Shown piece after piece: positions 1-11,110 of a stretch of 64,000 bases of DNA. The stretch covers positions 132,184,001-132,248,000 of the forward strand of contig NC_091283.1 of assembly GCF_032444005.1 (NCBI RefSeq), written 5' to 3'. The translations under genes were made by a program, and so were the position numbers. The DNA is from Ranitomeya imitator. Lineage: Eukaryota. The notes beneath the pieces were generated by a model. It was not told the origin of the DNA. It made no database searches and saw only the letters and a list, made by a program, of their open reading frames with translations. How positions within the stretch are numbered: the first letter of the stretch is position 1; every line of letters starts with the position of its first letter.

Positions 1-2533
1 CTGCCCTAACAGTAAAGAATCCTCTTCTATGTTGGTGGAAAAACCTTCTCTCCTCCAGACGCAAAGAATGCCCCCTTGTGCCCGTCACCTTCCTTGGTAT
101 AAACAGATCCTCAGCGAGATATTTGTATTGTCCCCTTATATACTTATACATGGTTATTAGATCGCCCCTCAGTCGTCTTTTTTCTAGACTAAATAATCCT
201 AATTTCGCTAATCTATCTGGGTATTGTAGTTCTCCCATCCCCTTTATTAATTTTGTTGCCCTCCTTTGTACTCTCTCTAGTTCCATTATATCCTTCCTGA
301 GCACCGGTGACCAAAACTGGACACAGTACTCCATGTGCGGTCTAACTAGGGATTTGTACAGAGGCAGTATAATGCTCTCATCATGTGTATCCAGACCTCT
401 TTTAATGCACCCCATGATCCTGTTTGCCTTGGCAGCTGCTGCCTGGCACTGGCTGCTCCAGGTAAGTTTATCATTAACTAGGATCCCCAAGTCCTTCTCC
501 CTGTCAGATTTACCCAGTGGTTTCCCGTTCAGTGTGTAATGGTGATATTGATTCCCTCTTCCCATGTGTATAACCTTACATTTATCATTGTTAAACCTCA
601 TCTGCCACCTTTCAGCCCAAGTTTCCAACTTATCCAGATCCATCTGTAGCAGAATACTATCTTCTCTTGTATTAACTGCTTTACATAGTTTTGTATCATC
701 TGCAAATATCGATATTTTACTGTGTAAACCTTCTACCAGATCATTAATGAATATGTTGAAGAGAACAGGTCCCAATACTGACCCCTGCGGTACCCCACTG
801 GTCACAGCGACCCAGTTAGAGACTATACCATTTATAACCACCCTCTGCTTTCTATCACTAAGCCAGTTACTAACCCATTTACACACATTTTCCCCCAGGC
901 CAAGCATTCTCATTTTGTGTACCAACCTCTTGTGCGGCACGGTATCAAACGCTTTGGAAAAATCGAGATATACCACGTCCAATGAATCACCGTGGTCCAG
1001 CCTATAGCTTACCTCTTCATAAAAACTGATTAGATTGGTTTGACAGGAGCGATTTCTCATAAACCCATGCTGATATGGAGTTAAACAGTTATTCTCATTG
1101 AGATAATCCAGAATAACATCCCTCAGAAACCCTTCAAATATTTTACCAACAATAGAGGTTAGACTTACTGGCCTATAATTTCCAGGTTCACTTTTAGAGC
1201 CCTTTTTGAATATTGGCACCACATTTGCTATGCGCCAGTCCTGCGGAACAGACCCTGTCGCTATAGAGTCCCTAAAAATAAGAAATAATGGTTTATCTAT
1301 TACATTACTTAGTTCTCTTAGTACTCGTGGGTGTATGCCATCTGGACCCGGAGATTTATCTATTTTAATCTTATTTAGCCGGTTTCGCACCTCTTCTTGG
1401 GTTAGATTGGTGACCCTTAATATAGGGTTTTCATTGTTTCTTGGGATTTCACCTAGCATTTCATTTTCCACCGTGAATACCGTGGAGAAGAAGGTGTTTA
1501 ATATGTTAGCTTTTTCCTCGTCATCTACAACCATTCTTTCCTCACTATTTTTTAAGGGGCCTACATTTTCAGTTTTTATTCTTTTACTATTGATATAGTT
1601 GAAGAACAGTTTGGGATTAGTTTTACTCTCCTTAGCAATGTGCTTCTCTGTTTCCTTTTTGGCAGCTTTAATTAGTTTTTTAGATAAAGTATTTTTCTCC
1701 CTATAGTTTTTTAGAGCTTCAATGGTGCCATCCTGCTTTAGTAGTGCAAATGCTTTCTTTTTACTGTTAATTGCCTGTCTTACTTCTTTGTTTAGCCACA
1801 TTGGGTTTTTCCTATTTCTAGTCCTTTTATTCCCACAAGGTATAAACCGCTTACACTGCCTATTTAGGATGTTCTTAAACATTTCCCATTTATTATCTGT
1901 ATTCTTATTTCTGAGGATATTGTCCCAGTCTACCAGATTAAGGGCATCTCTAAGCCGGTCAAACTTTGCCTTCCTAAAATTCAGTGTTTTTGTGACTCCC
2001 TGACAAGTCCCCCTAGCGAAAGACAGGTGAAACTGCACAATATTGTGGTCGCTATTTCCTAGATGCCCGACCACCTGCAGATTTGTTATTCTGTCAGGTC
2101 TATTAGATAGTATTAGGTCTAAAAGTGCTGCTCCTCTGGTTGGATTCTGCACCAATTGTGAAAGATAATTTTTCTTGGTTATTAGCAGAAACCTGTTGCC
2201 TTTATGGGTTTCACAGGTTTCTGTTTCCCAGTTAATATCCGGGTAGTTAAAGTCCCCCATAACCAGGACCTCATTATGGGTTGCAGCTTCATCTATCTGC
2301 TTTAGAAGTAGACTTTCCATGGTTTCTGTTATATTTGGGGGTTTGTAACAGACCCCAATGAGAATTTTGTTACCATTTTTCCCTCCATGAATTTCGACCC
2401 ATATGGACTCGACATCCTCATTTCCTTCGCTAATATCCTCCCTTAAAGTGGACTTTAGACAAGACTTTACATAGAGACAAACCCCTCCTCCTCTCCGATT
2501 TTTACGATCCTTTCTAAACAGACTGTAACCCTG
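1..2533 (-). mobile_element. CR1-clade LINE, 5'-truncated ORF2 (endonuclease C-terminal part + reverse transcriptase); 3' end lies outside the window
   Basis: Reverse complement is nearly identical to 30405-30493 plus 31758-~34200. It carries the uninterrupted empty site CACTTTAAGGGAGG (revcomp near 2435-2450) that is split by a MITE in the second copy. Confidence 0.95.
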
Positions 2534-2986
2534 ATACAGTTTATTGTGTTTTCCTTGTAGACAAGAAATAATTAACTTAAAAAATGTTTGCTGAATAAAA
2601 TTAGCTGTTTAATGATTCACATTTCTAAAGATAGATGTAATGACAGTCATTAAAATGAATTTAAGATCAAAATATGAAAAAAAAACTGTTGTGCTGCTGC
2701 CCTAAAAATACAAGACCTCAATGAAAATAAAATTATACATTTTGACAAAAATGTACACAAGGAGCAAAAAACAAACACCTTCACCAAGTAAGTCAATAGC
2801 ACTAACCCCATGAAATAAGGTAATGTGAAGTATCAATATGGAAGTACAATTACTGCATCAAAGCGGCCGTATTACGAACTCAGAAGTTATAGCCACAGAT
2901 AAAGCTTTGTATTCTTCTTTTACTTACAGAGATATTAGTTCTTTTGAGTGTTAAATTGAATTGATTCACTCAGTTATTGGCCTCAC

Positions 2987-3026
2987 AAAAAAAAATCCAG
3001 GACATTTTTTTACATAGATAGCCACA

Positions 3027-3065
<39 letters not shown>

Positions 3066-3104
3066 GTAGCTATCTATGTAAAAAAAAATGTCCTGGATTT
3101 TTTT
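2987..3104. repeat. Palindrome (fold-back) with a (TA)n centre
   Basis: AAAAAATCCAGGACATTTTTTTACATAGATAGC ... (TA)n ... GCTATCTATGTAAAAAAAAATGTCCTGGATTTTTTT; the arms are reverse complements. Confidence 0.9.
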
Positions 3105-3112
3105 ACTATATA

Positions 3113-3360
3113 CTACGTGGCTGGGCAATATACTACATGGCTGGGCAATATACTACGTGGACATGCATAATCTAGAATACCCGATGCGTTAGAATCGAGC
3201 CACCATCTAGTGTATTCTAGAATATGCATGTCCACGTAGTATATTGCCCAGCCATGTAGTATATTGCCCAGCCACGTAGTATATTGCCCAGCCACGTAGT
3301 ATATTGCCCAGCCACGTAGTATATTGCCCAGCCACGTAGAATATTGCCCAGCCAGTATAT
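3113..3360. repeat. 20-bp minisatellite (ACGTAGTATATTGCCCAGCC), in both orientations around the hairpin/CTAG spacer
   Basis: Direct reading: about 3 units reverse-oriented at 3113-3170 and about 6 units at 3234-3360. Confidence 0.92.
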
Positions 3361-3414
3361 TGCTCAGCGGAATAATAGAGGCTGGAACAGTTGGCAGGTG
3401 GATGTGATGGCATC

Positions 3415-4320
3415 ATGGCTGAGATGAAGACCCTGCTGGACAATTTGGACCAATTTCTAGAAGTTCTGGCGTTGTCTCAGAGTGTTCATGCCGAAGATTG
3501 GGATATCCTTCATGTCCAGCGAGCTCTTGAAGGGGGAACCTATTTTCAGCATGTCCACCATCAGTACAAGGCATATAAACCTCTTAGAAACCCAATAGAA
3601 GCTCATCTTACCAGGAAAAACCAAGAACTTTCTGAATATCTGAAAACTTACCATCACGTTACGTTTGATGACCTAAGTAAAGGTCGGAATCTCCTGTGTA
3701 TGTCTCTCCTCCAGAACAAGGCTCTTCCTGATCCTGTATTCAAGTACGTGAACGAACTGCTCCGAAACTCCGAATCCAAAGGTGCTGAGTCTACGAGTGT
3801 AACCCATGTGATATTCCAAAAAGTGACCTCACAACTAATTCTAGCTCTTCCTATATTGGCGTCTGAAGGATTTTACGAGTTATCGGACAACCCTATACTG
3901 ATGACACAATCCAACCTCCTGAAAAAACGTTTAGAAGGACGATTGGAGGTGTCAGAAGACAACCAGAAGTCCTCCATCGTGTCAGATATTCTTGGCCGGA
4001 TATCCAGAACACATGTCTACCACCTGCTAGTAGCTGTTCTGTTATCTAACAAAGCATCCGAACACCAGGACCTCATATCTGATCTTCTCCTGGATTGGGT
4101 TCTGTCAGATGAGGATCTCTCTGGTGGCCTTTTCATGAATGTAAGATGCCAGGTCCTGGTGAGGTTAAGCTTCATGTCCTTCAAGTTCAGGAACATCTAC
4201 TTGGAATATTTGGTTAAGATGAGTAGTAGTATGGAACCAGACCTGAGTTGTCGGAAATGGGTGAGTGACTCCTTTAACTTGACTTTTGACAGATTGATGG
4301 ATCATTGCCCAGCCATGTAG
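3415..4320 (+). pseudogene. FANCF: FANCF-derived coding sequence, C-terminally truncated, embedded in the Helitron minisatellite
   Basis: MKTLLDNLDQFLEVLALSQSVHAEDWDILHVQRALEGGTYFQHVH resembles the FANCF N-terminus as I recall it (human MESLLQHLDRFSELLAVSSTTYVSTWDPATVRRALQWARYLRHIH). Intronless like FANCF. Homology stops at ~4306, where the frame runs into satellite; roughly 60 C-terminal residues are missing. The conserved Trp of RALQW is Gly here. Confidence 0.85.
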
Positions 4321-4965
4321 TATATTGCCCAGCGACGTAGTATATTGCCCAGCTACGTAGTATATTGCCCAGTGACATAGTATATTGCCCAGTGACATAG
4401 TATATTGCCCAGCCATGTAGTATATTGCCCAGTGACGTAGTATATTGCACAGCGACGTAGTATACAGCACAGAGCCACGTAGCATATTGCCCAGCCACGT
4501 AGTATATTGCCCAGTGACGTAGTATACTGCCCAGTGACGTAGTATACAGCACAGAGCCATGTAGTATATTGCCCAGTCACGTAGTATATTGCCCAGTCAC
4601 GTAGTATACAGCACAGAGCCACGTAGTATATTGCCCAGCCACGTAGTATATTGCCCAGTCATGTAGTATATTGCCCAGACACGTAGTATATTGCACAGCA
4701 ACGTAGTATATTGCCCAGCCACGTAGTATATTGCCCAGTCACATAGTATATTGCCCAGCCACGTAGTATATTGCACAGCGACGTAGTATATTGCCCAGTG
4801 ACGTAGTATATTGCCCAGCCCTGTAGTATATTGCCCAGCTACATAGTATATTGCCCAGTGACGGAGTATATTGCACAGCGACGTAGTATATTGCCCAGCT
4901 ACATAGTATATTGCCCAGTCATGTAGTATATTGCCCAGCTACGTAGTATATTGCCCAGCCACGTA
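4304..4965. repeat. 20-bp minisatellite array, ~30 units including longer variant units
   Basis: Tandem ACGTAGTATATTGCCCAG(CC/TG/TC) with interspersed ACGTAGTATACAGCACAGAGCC variants. Confidence 0.95.
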
Positions 4966-5581
4966 TGTCACAGGTTACAAAATAAAAAATAAGCATACTC
5001 ACCTTCCGATCCGAGGGCTCCTTGTAGTTCTAACATACTCACCATCCAATCAGAGGGCCCCTTGTAGCGCACGGCTGCCGCCATCTTCCGTTCCCAGGAT
5101 GCATTGCGAAATTACCCAGATGACTTAGTGGTCTCACGAGGCCGCTAAGTCTTTTGGGTAATTTCGCAATGCATCGCCGGGAATGGAAGATGGCGGCCGG
5201 CTCGGCGGACAACGGAGGGTGAGTATAGCAGGTTTTTTATTAGGCAGCATCAATAGTAAAAAGTTGGGGACACACAGGGTTAATAGCGGCGGTAACGGAG
5301 TGCGTTACCCGTGGCATAACACGGTCCGTTACTGCCGGCATTAACCCTGTGTTAGCGGTGGCTGGAGGGGAGTATGCGGGCGCCGGGCAGTGACTGCGGG
5401 GAGTAAGGAGTGGCCATTTTCTTCCAGACTGTGCCCGTCGCTGATTGGTCATGGCTGTTTTGCCGCGACCAATCAGCGACTTGGATTTCCATGATAGTCA
5501 GAGGCCGCGACCAATGAATATCCGTGACAGACAGAAAGACAGACAAACAGAAGTGACCCTTAGACAATTATATAGTAGATA

Positions 5582-6096
5582 TACTGCTCAAAAAAATAAA
5601 GGGAACACTAAAATCCCACATCCTAGATATCACTGAATGACATATTCCAGTTGTAAATCTTTATTCATTACATAGTGGAATGTGTTGAGAACAATAAAAC
5701 CTAAAAAATTATCAATGTTACTCACAACTAATATACCACGGAGGTCTGGTGTTGGAATGATGCTTAAAATCAAAGTGGAAAATGAAGTTACAGGCTGATC
5801 CAACTTCAGTGGAAATGCCACAAGACAAGGAAATGATGCTCAGTAGTGTGTGTGGCCTCCACGTGCCTGTATGACCTCCCTACAATGCCTGGGCATGCTC
5901 CTGATGAGGCGGCAGGTTGTCTCCGGAGGGATCTCCTCCCAGACCTGGACTAAAGCATCCGCCAACTCCTGGACAGTCTGTTTTGCAGCGTGACGTTGAT
6001 GGATGGCGCGAGACATGATGTCCCAGATGTGTTCAATCGGATTCAGGTTTGGGGAACGAGCGGGCCAGTCCATAGCTTCAATGCCTTCATCTTGCA
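5582..6096 (-). mobile_element. Tc1/mariner DNA transposon fragment (one TIR + transposase C-terminus)
   Basis: TA then TACTGCTCAAAAAAATAAAGGGAACACT terminal repeat. The minus-strand peptide DWPARSPNLNPIEHIWD...ARGGHTHY* is a typical Tc1 DD34E C-terminus. Confidence 0.9.
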
Positions 6097-6366
6097 GGAC
6101 TATAAACATAAGGATGAACGACCTCGGGGAGATCAAAACATCCAACACCGCGGAGACACCATCACGTGTTTCTCAACGCAGTTATCCAGAACACTGCTCC
6201 CATCCCTCATGGGAAATATGCAAATGCATGTAGAAAAGCCGCAGAGACACCATCACGTGTTTCTCAACACAAGCAATAAATAGCCAGGTCTTTCACCAGG
6301 AAGGAACAACCATGGGAAGGGCAGCATCCAAAAGGAAAACCACCTATGCCAAAACATGGTATCCAT

Positions 6367-6409
6367 CCACAGACACCTGTTTCGGGGTATTTTCCCCTCA
6401 TCAGTGTGG
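6367..6409 (-). ncRNA. Minimal type I hammerhead ribozyme, stem III palindrome broken by one substitution
   Basis: CCACA-CUGAUGA-GGGG(AAAAUA)CCCC-GAAA-CAGGUG-UC-UGUGG. Confidence 0.8.
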
Positions 6410-6718
6410 AGTAGGAAACTGGCTATTAGGAGCAGTGCCTGGTAAAAGGACTATAAACATAAGGATAAATGACCTCGGGGAGATCAAAACATCCAACACC
6501 GCAGAGACACCATCACGTGTTTATCAACGCAGTAATCCAGAACACTGCCCCCATACCTCATGGGAAATATGCAAATGCATGTAGAAAAGCCGTGGAGACA
6601 CCATCATATGTTTCTCAACGCAAGCAATTAATAGCCAGGTCTTTCACCGGGAAGGAACAACCACGGGAAGGGCAGAATCCAAAAAGGAAAACCACCTATG
6701 CCAAAACATGGTATCCAT

Positions 6719-6761
6719 CCACAGACAGCTGTTTCGGGGTATTTGCCCCTCATCAGTGTGG
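6719..6761 (-). ncRNA. Minimal type I hammerhead ribozyme, intact core
   Basis: RNA: CCACA-CUGAUGA-GGGG(CAAAUA)CCCC-GAAA-CAGCUG-UC-UGUGG. Stem I CCACA/UGUGG, 4-bp stem II, palindromic stem III ACAGCUGU, GUC cleavage triplet. Confidence 0.9.
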
Positions 6762-7103
6762 AGTAGGAAACTGGCTATTAGGAGCAGTGCCTGGTAAAAG
6801 GACTATAAACATCAGGATGAATGACCTCGGGGAGATCAAAACATCCAACACCGCGGAGACACCATCACGTGTTTATCAACGCAGTGATCCAGAACACTGC
6901 CCCCATCCCTCATGGAAAATATGAGGGGCAAATGCCACGAAACAGCTGTCTGTGGATGGATTTTTTGGTCTATTGTTTTTGTCAAGAAGTATCTAACAGT
7001 GGAATACCACAATATTCCACATTAACCATATATTTCTAATAAATAAGTTCCTTGCATTTGCTAAATCTTCTAACATATCTCGCACTTGCTTCCTGATTTG
7101 CGG

Positions 7104-7356
7104 TGGAATTTCCAGGACCGGATCTCACCACAATGAAGTCACAATCATGCTGTGATGATGCAAGGAGGACAGAACAAGGAAATTCTGGTCTCTGAGTTTC
7201 AGAATGTGATGTATTCATGAGACTTCAGAATGTATAACTCAGGGCTATGATATTTACTATGCCATGCAGGAAACGAAAACATAAAAATTAAAATAACCAG
7301 TTCTTAGAAATCGCGTCCTGGGTTGGGCAGCTATCAGATGTGGAGTAGTATATAAG
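7104..7356 (+). promoter_or_regulatory. Putative proximal promoter of the dioxygenase gene: kB site, ISRE-like site, GAS site, TATA
   Basis: TGGAATTTCC 7104-7113; GGAAACGAAAAC 7269-7280; TTCTTAGAA 7301-7309; TATATAAG ~7349-7356, about 80 nt before the ATG at 7436. Confidence 0.5.
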
Positions 7357-7435
7357 TCAGTGTGATACGCTCACAGTTATCCGCTCAGGGTGTAGGCATT
7401 CTCGCTACAGCTGAAAGCATCCCACTAAATACACT

Positions 7436-9634
7436 ATGAAGACTGACACTAACCAGATGAAGGATGTCTATGACGCCAATGGTTTCCTGACTGAAGTTGA
7501 TGTATTAGATGAGAAGGAATTGCACCTTGCTCAGAAGGAACATATGAAGCTGGAAGAGAAGTTTGGTAAGTTTCCAGTTTACATTGCATTGAGGGATCTG
7601 TCGGCTTTATTGCACATTTATCCATGATGATCAGAATATTTTTTCAAAAAAGAATATATTTGAGTTGAAGAAATAATATATCTACATATGTGCTAATCAC
7701 TGCGGTCATGATCTAATTCCCATATATCTTATCTTTCAGGTAAAGAGTACACTCAGTACAATCTACACAACATCCACATGCAGTATGAGTGGGTGATGAA
7801 TTTCGCCGCCCATCCCAATCTACTGAAAGCTATCACCGCGGTATTGGGCCCTAACGTCATCCTTTTAGACTCAAGATTTATCTGTAAATATCCCTCCTCT
7901 GAGGTTCCACACAAAGATAACACTCCCCCCTACGTCGCTTGGCATCAGGATATCAAGTGAGTATGGAAGCTGGTAGATAATAATTAAGATCTTCTTATAA
8001 ATATAGACCCAAAACAGTATTTCCTTACATTGTTACAGATACTGGGGGTTTGAAGGAGGACCAGTGGCTTCCGTATGGCTGGCATTTGATGATGTTGATG
8101 CAGAAAATGGAGTCCTACAAATCATTCCAGGTATGCTCTTGCATTGGCTTTTTCTCTAATTGCTAAATGTAAAAATACTAAAACATATTCTTTTTTTGTA
8201 TATGAATTTACATTAAAACTTCTATGCATTGTTTGTCATGTGTAACACCCCAGGGAGTCATAAACAAGGTATTCTGGAGCACAGGATCGCTGAGATCCCC
8301 GGGAACATGCTGACCGCAAACCAGGAGATCCCAGAACACCTGGTGAATGTAGAAGATCTGGTTGAGTGTCCTCTTAAAGCTGGTCAAATGTCTGTAAGTG
8401 CAAAATAATCCTACAGAGTCGTTACACGGATGTGCTTATTAAATGATGCAGAATGGAATTATTGTCATTCGTGTCCCTTAATATTTGACAGTGAAATTCA
8501 TTTTGTGTGGCTGTCTGTACGCAGAGCACCACTGCTTCTGTTACAGATTCATCTTATGTACTGAAACAATAGAAATGTCCTTTTCAGAAATATGTAGTGA
8601 GAAAATCAATCAGTTAAATATAATTTAATGTCTAATAAGCATGAACGGGAATATGCCGTATTGGAGGATACCAGCACTGGATATGTATGAGATGTACGTC
8701 ATGTCCATGATGCTGCCTGCTATATAGATAAATCATCTAGAGTCATCTCGATGGATAAATCCTAATCTCAGAGAAGAATGTATAGATGGACAAATATTAG
8801 AATCTATGACTAGTCAGCAGAAATTGAAACCTGTTGATGAGGAGTTTCCATGTAAAGTTTCCATGTAATTGGCCAAGTGCAATGTGTAAGACTTGTGTAT
8901 TGAACAACCTCTCCATCATCCATACTGACAGGTCCATGATGGTCTGACTGTACATGCCAGTGAACCCAACATGTCAGACAGAAGAAGATGCGGATTTGTC
9001 ATCCGTTATGTTCCTACGACAGCTTATCCTGTTGAGGTAAGCAATCAAACCCAGAAGATTGAATATGATTTCAAAACCACAAGCTAAAAGGAGTAACAAC
9101 AAGCCACAAAAAAGGATATACATATAATATTTATTATAAAAATCACAATAAAATCAGATTAGACATAGTACATATGAACATAGTACATACAAATGGAGGA
9201 GACATGAAGGTAGGCAAGGGATGGGTTCAGGATGAAAATTTGCACCTGGGAAAGCTGGGTAGATAAATATTGTGAATGCAAACAGATATCACCAAATGAA
9301 AGCCTAAATAGCTGCTAATTATGTCTGTAACATGAAAAGCCATAGCACATATCCAGCTGCTTACCCATAATAGGTCCTGACCACTCCTTGCGGCCCCTGA
9401 CGCGCTTTTCGTTCCCTTGCTTTCTCAATGGGGGGTAGATAGCCAATATGAATATGATTGCAGCCTGTAATCCTGCTGAAGAGAAATGATCACTCTTCTC
9501 TTACACCATTTGTGCTTCTTTTCCAGGACCCAGAACGTCCCAGGACTTTTCCTGCAACTGTATTGGTGGCTGGAACAGATGAATATAATCACTTTAAAGA
9601 CAACGCTCCGAATTTCTTCACCAAAACGTTTTAA
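7436..9634 (+). CDS. PhyH-family Fe(II)/2-oxoglutarate-dependent dioxygenase, 263 aa, 6 coding exons
   Basis: Exons 7436-7565, 7740-7956, 8039-8130, 8254-8393, 8932-9036, 9527-9634. All introns are GT..AG, phases are consistent and the total is 792 nt with no internal stop. Motifs: WHQD (HxD), VHAS (distal His), RRCGFVIRY (2OG-binding Arg). PolyA-type signals ATTAAA/AATAAA at ~9920-9970. Confidence 0.92.
9105..9450 (-). mobile_element. Possible Penelope-like pseudo-LTR remnant in intron 5
   Basis: The minus strand near 9395-9435 reads CCCC-AUUGAGAA-AGC..GAAA-AGCGCG-UC-AGGGG, a degenerate hammerhead-like layout. Confidence 0.3.
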
Positions 9635-10141
9635 GAGCTTAGTAACACTGTGCTGTATTATGTCTGTGAGGTCCATAACCATTTATTCATACGGTCGTAA
9701 TTCACATCAATCTGCGGAATAATACATAGAATCCGTTGTATCAGTCATTACAGAAGTGTCTTATGTTCCTCATGTATATTCTGTGACTCCTCTCGGACAT
9801 TCTGCACATCACTTTATAATCTTATTCGCACTTATGAAGATAAACATTGTTCTAATCTGTAATATTTCCAGACTGAGCTGGAATATGTGAATGTGACATT
9901 GTGATGTAAAATGTTAACTTATTAAACTTTATTGTTTTGTTACTTTTTATAACCTGCTGTAAAATAAACTGTGTGTGAAGTAAATGGAGACAATTGTGGT
10001 ATTTACTTTCTAGAACAATTCATGCAAATGGGAGAGAAATAGATTCTGAGACTCCATTGCAGCACACTGGCCGGTGCGGTGACTACACTGCGAGGCTGAC
10101 TAATTGCTGGCAAACAGGAATAATCGCCGGCTCCACCTTTA

Positions 10142-10610
10142 GGCCGGCGTCACACTAGCGTATTGCATCCGATGCGAGATCATCGGATGCGATATGCTAA
10201 TGACCCTCGGCTCCTGCTCACAGCAGAGCAGGGGCCGAGTGTCATGCGTCTGTGCTCCGATTCTCTCGCACAGGGAGGATCGGAGCACAGCTGCGGAGGA
10301 GGCGGAGAAATGAATTTCTCCATCTCCTCCATTGCTGGGGTCCGCTTATAGCGCACATCACTCGGATGTTATCCGAGTGGTGTGCGCTGTCTCACTCGCA
10401 CCCATAGGCTTATATGGGTGCGAGTGAGCCGAGAGTTTTCCTCGGTCCAAGACAATCGCAGCATGCTGCGATTGTCTCGGACCGAGGAAAACGGCCGACA
10501 AAAAGTCGGCTGCTGGGAGCGGCCCCATATGTTAACATTGGTCCGAGTGCAATGCGATTTTTTTTATCGCATTGCACTTGGCCGTTTTAAACGCCAGTGT
10601 GACGCCGGCC
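10142..10610. mobile_element. PIF/Harbinger-type MITE
   Basis: TIR GGCCGGCGTCACACT...AGTGTGACGCCGGCC with a 3-bp TTA target duplication on both sides. Confidence 0.88.
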
Positions 10611-11110
10611 TTACTTTCACAATGTGAACATTAGGAAGTATACTTGGTTACATACGCTTTTGGGAACAAATTCAGGGATGATACAAAAAAAAAAAAAAAA
10701 AATCGCATAAAATAAAGAGAATTCCCTGTATAAAATTTAAGGGATTTTCCCCCAAACAAAATACTTATTAATAAAAAGATCTTGGAATAGTAATAATTTC
10801 CACAATTGGATGAGTTAAAAAAATATTAAATAAAATGCACTAGTGCTGAGGTAATCTTATAAATGTGCCGCTGCTGTGTACTGTGTAATGGCCGTGTCTG
10901 ACCGTACAGGAACATGGTCTGATCATACAACAGCTCCAGAGCAGGAGAGGAAGCAAAAGAGAGGATACAGACATTACAGCAGGGGATCACGGCTGATTCT
11001 TCCTGCAAGAAGAAACATTTCCCTGCCTGTTTAAAAATGTATTTTACCTCACAGAGCCCTCTGTTCTCTATCCCTGTTCATCTAATAAGCCGCAGACCAC
11101 TATAAGCCTG

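Larger units (their letters stand above)
3105..5579 (-). mobile_element. Non-autonomous Helitron-like element with a 20-bp internal minisatellite and an inverted 3' terminus
   Basis: The minus strand begins a|TCTACTATATAATTGTC at 5579. The Helitron-type 3' end (imperfect hairpin CCCGAT..ATCGAG then CTAG|t, 3180-3211) lies on the + strand as the spacer of an inverted duplication. There is a long internal palindrome at ~5080-5200. Confidence 0.6.
6097..6961 (-). mobile_element. Retrozyme-like tandem repeat (~351-352 bp unit, ~2.3 copies) with an inverted hammerhead fragment at its 5' side
   Basis: GGACTATAAACAT recurs at 6097, 6448 and 6800. Hammerhead motifs at 6367-6409 and 6719-6761 (minus) and a plus-strand partial copy at 6921-6961. 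Confidence 0.85.

Noticed and set aside
78-2003. Plus-strand ORFs of 93-153 aa (also 32197-34308 minus)
   Set aside because: Antisense shadows of CR1 ORF2.
3391-4320. The functional FANCF locus
   Set aside because: C-terminus missing, a conserved Trp lost, both ends fused to satellite, and no promoter-like sequence upstream.
7436-9634. Naming the dioxygenase PHYHD1 or PHYH
   Set aside because: The family motifs fit, but I do not recognise orthologue-specific sequence; left unnamed.
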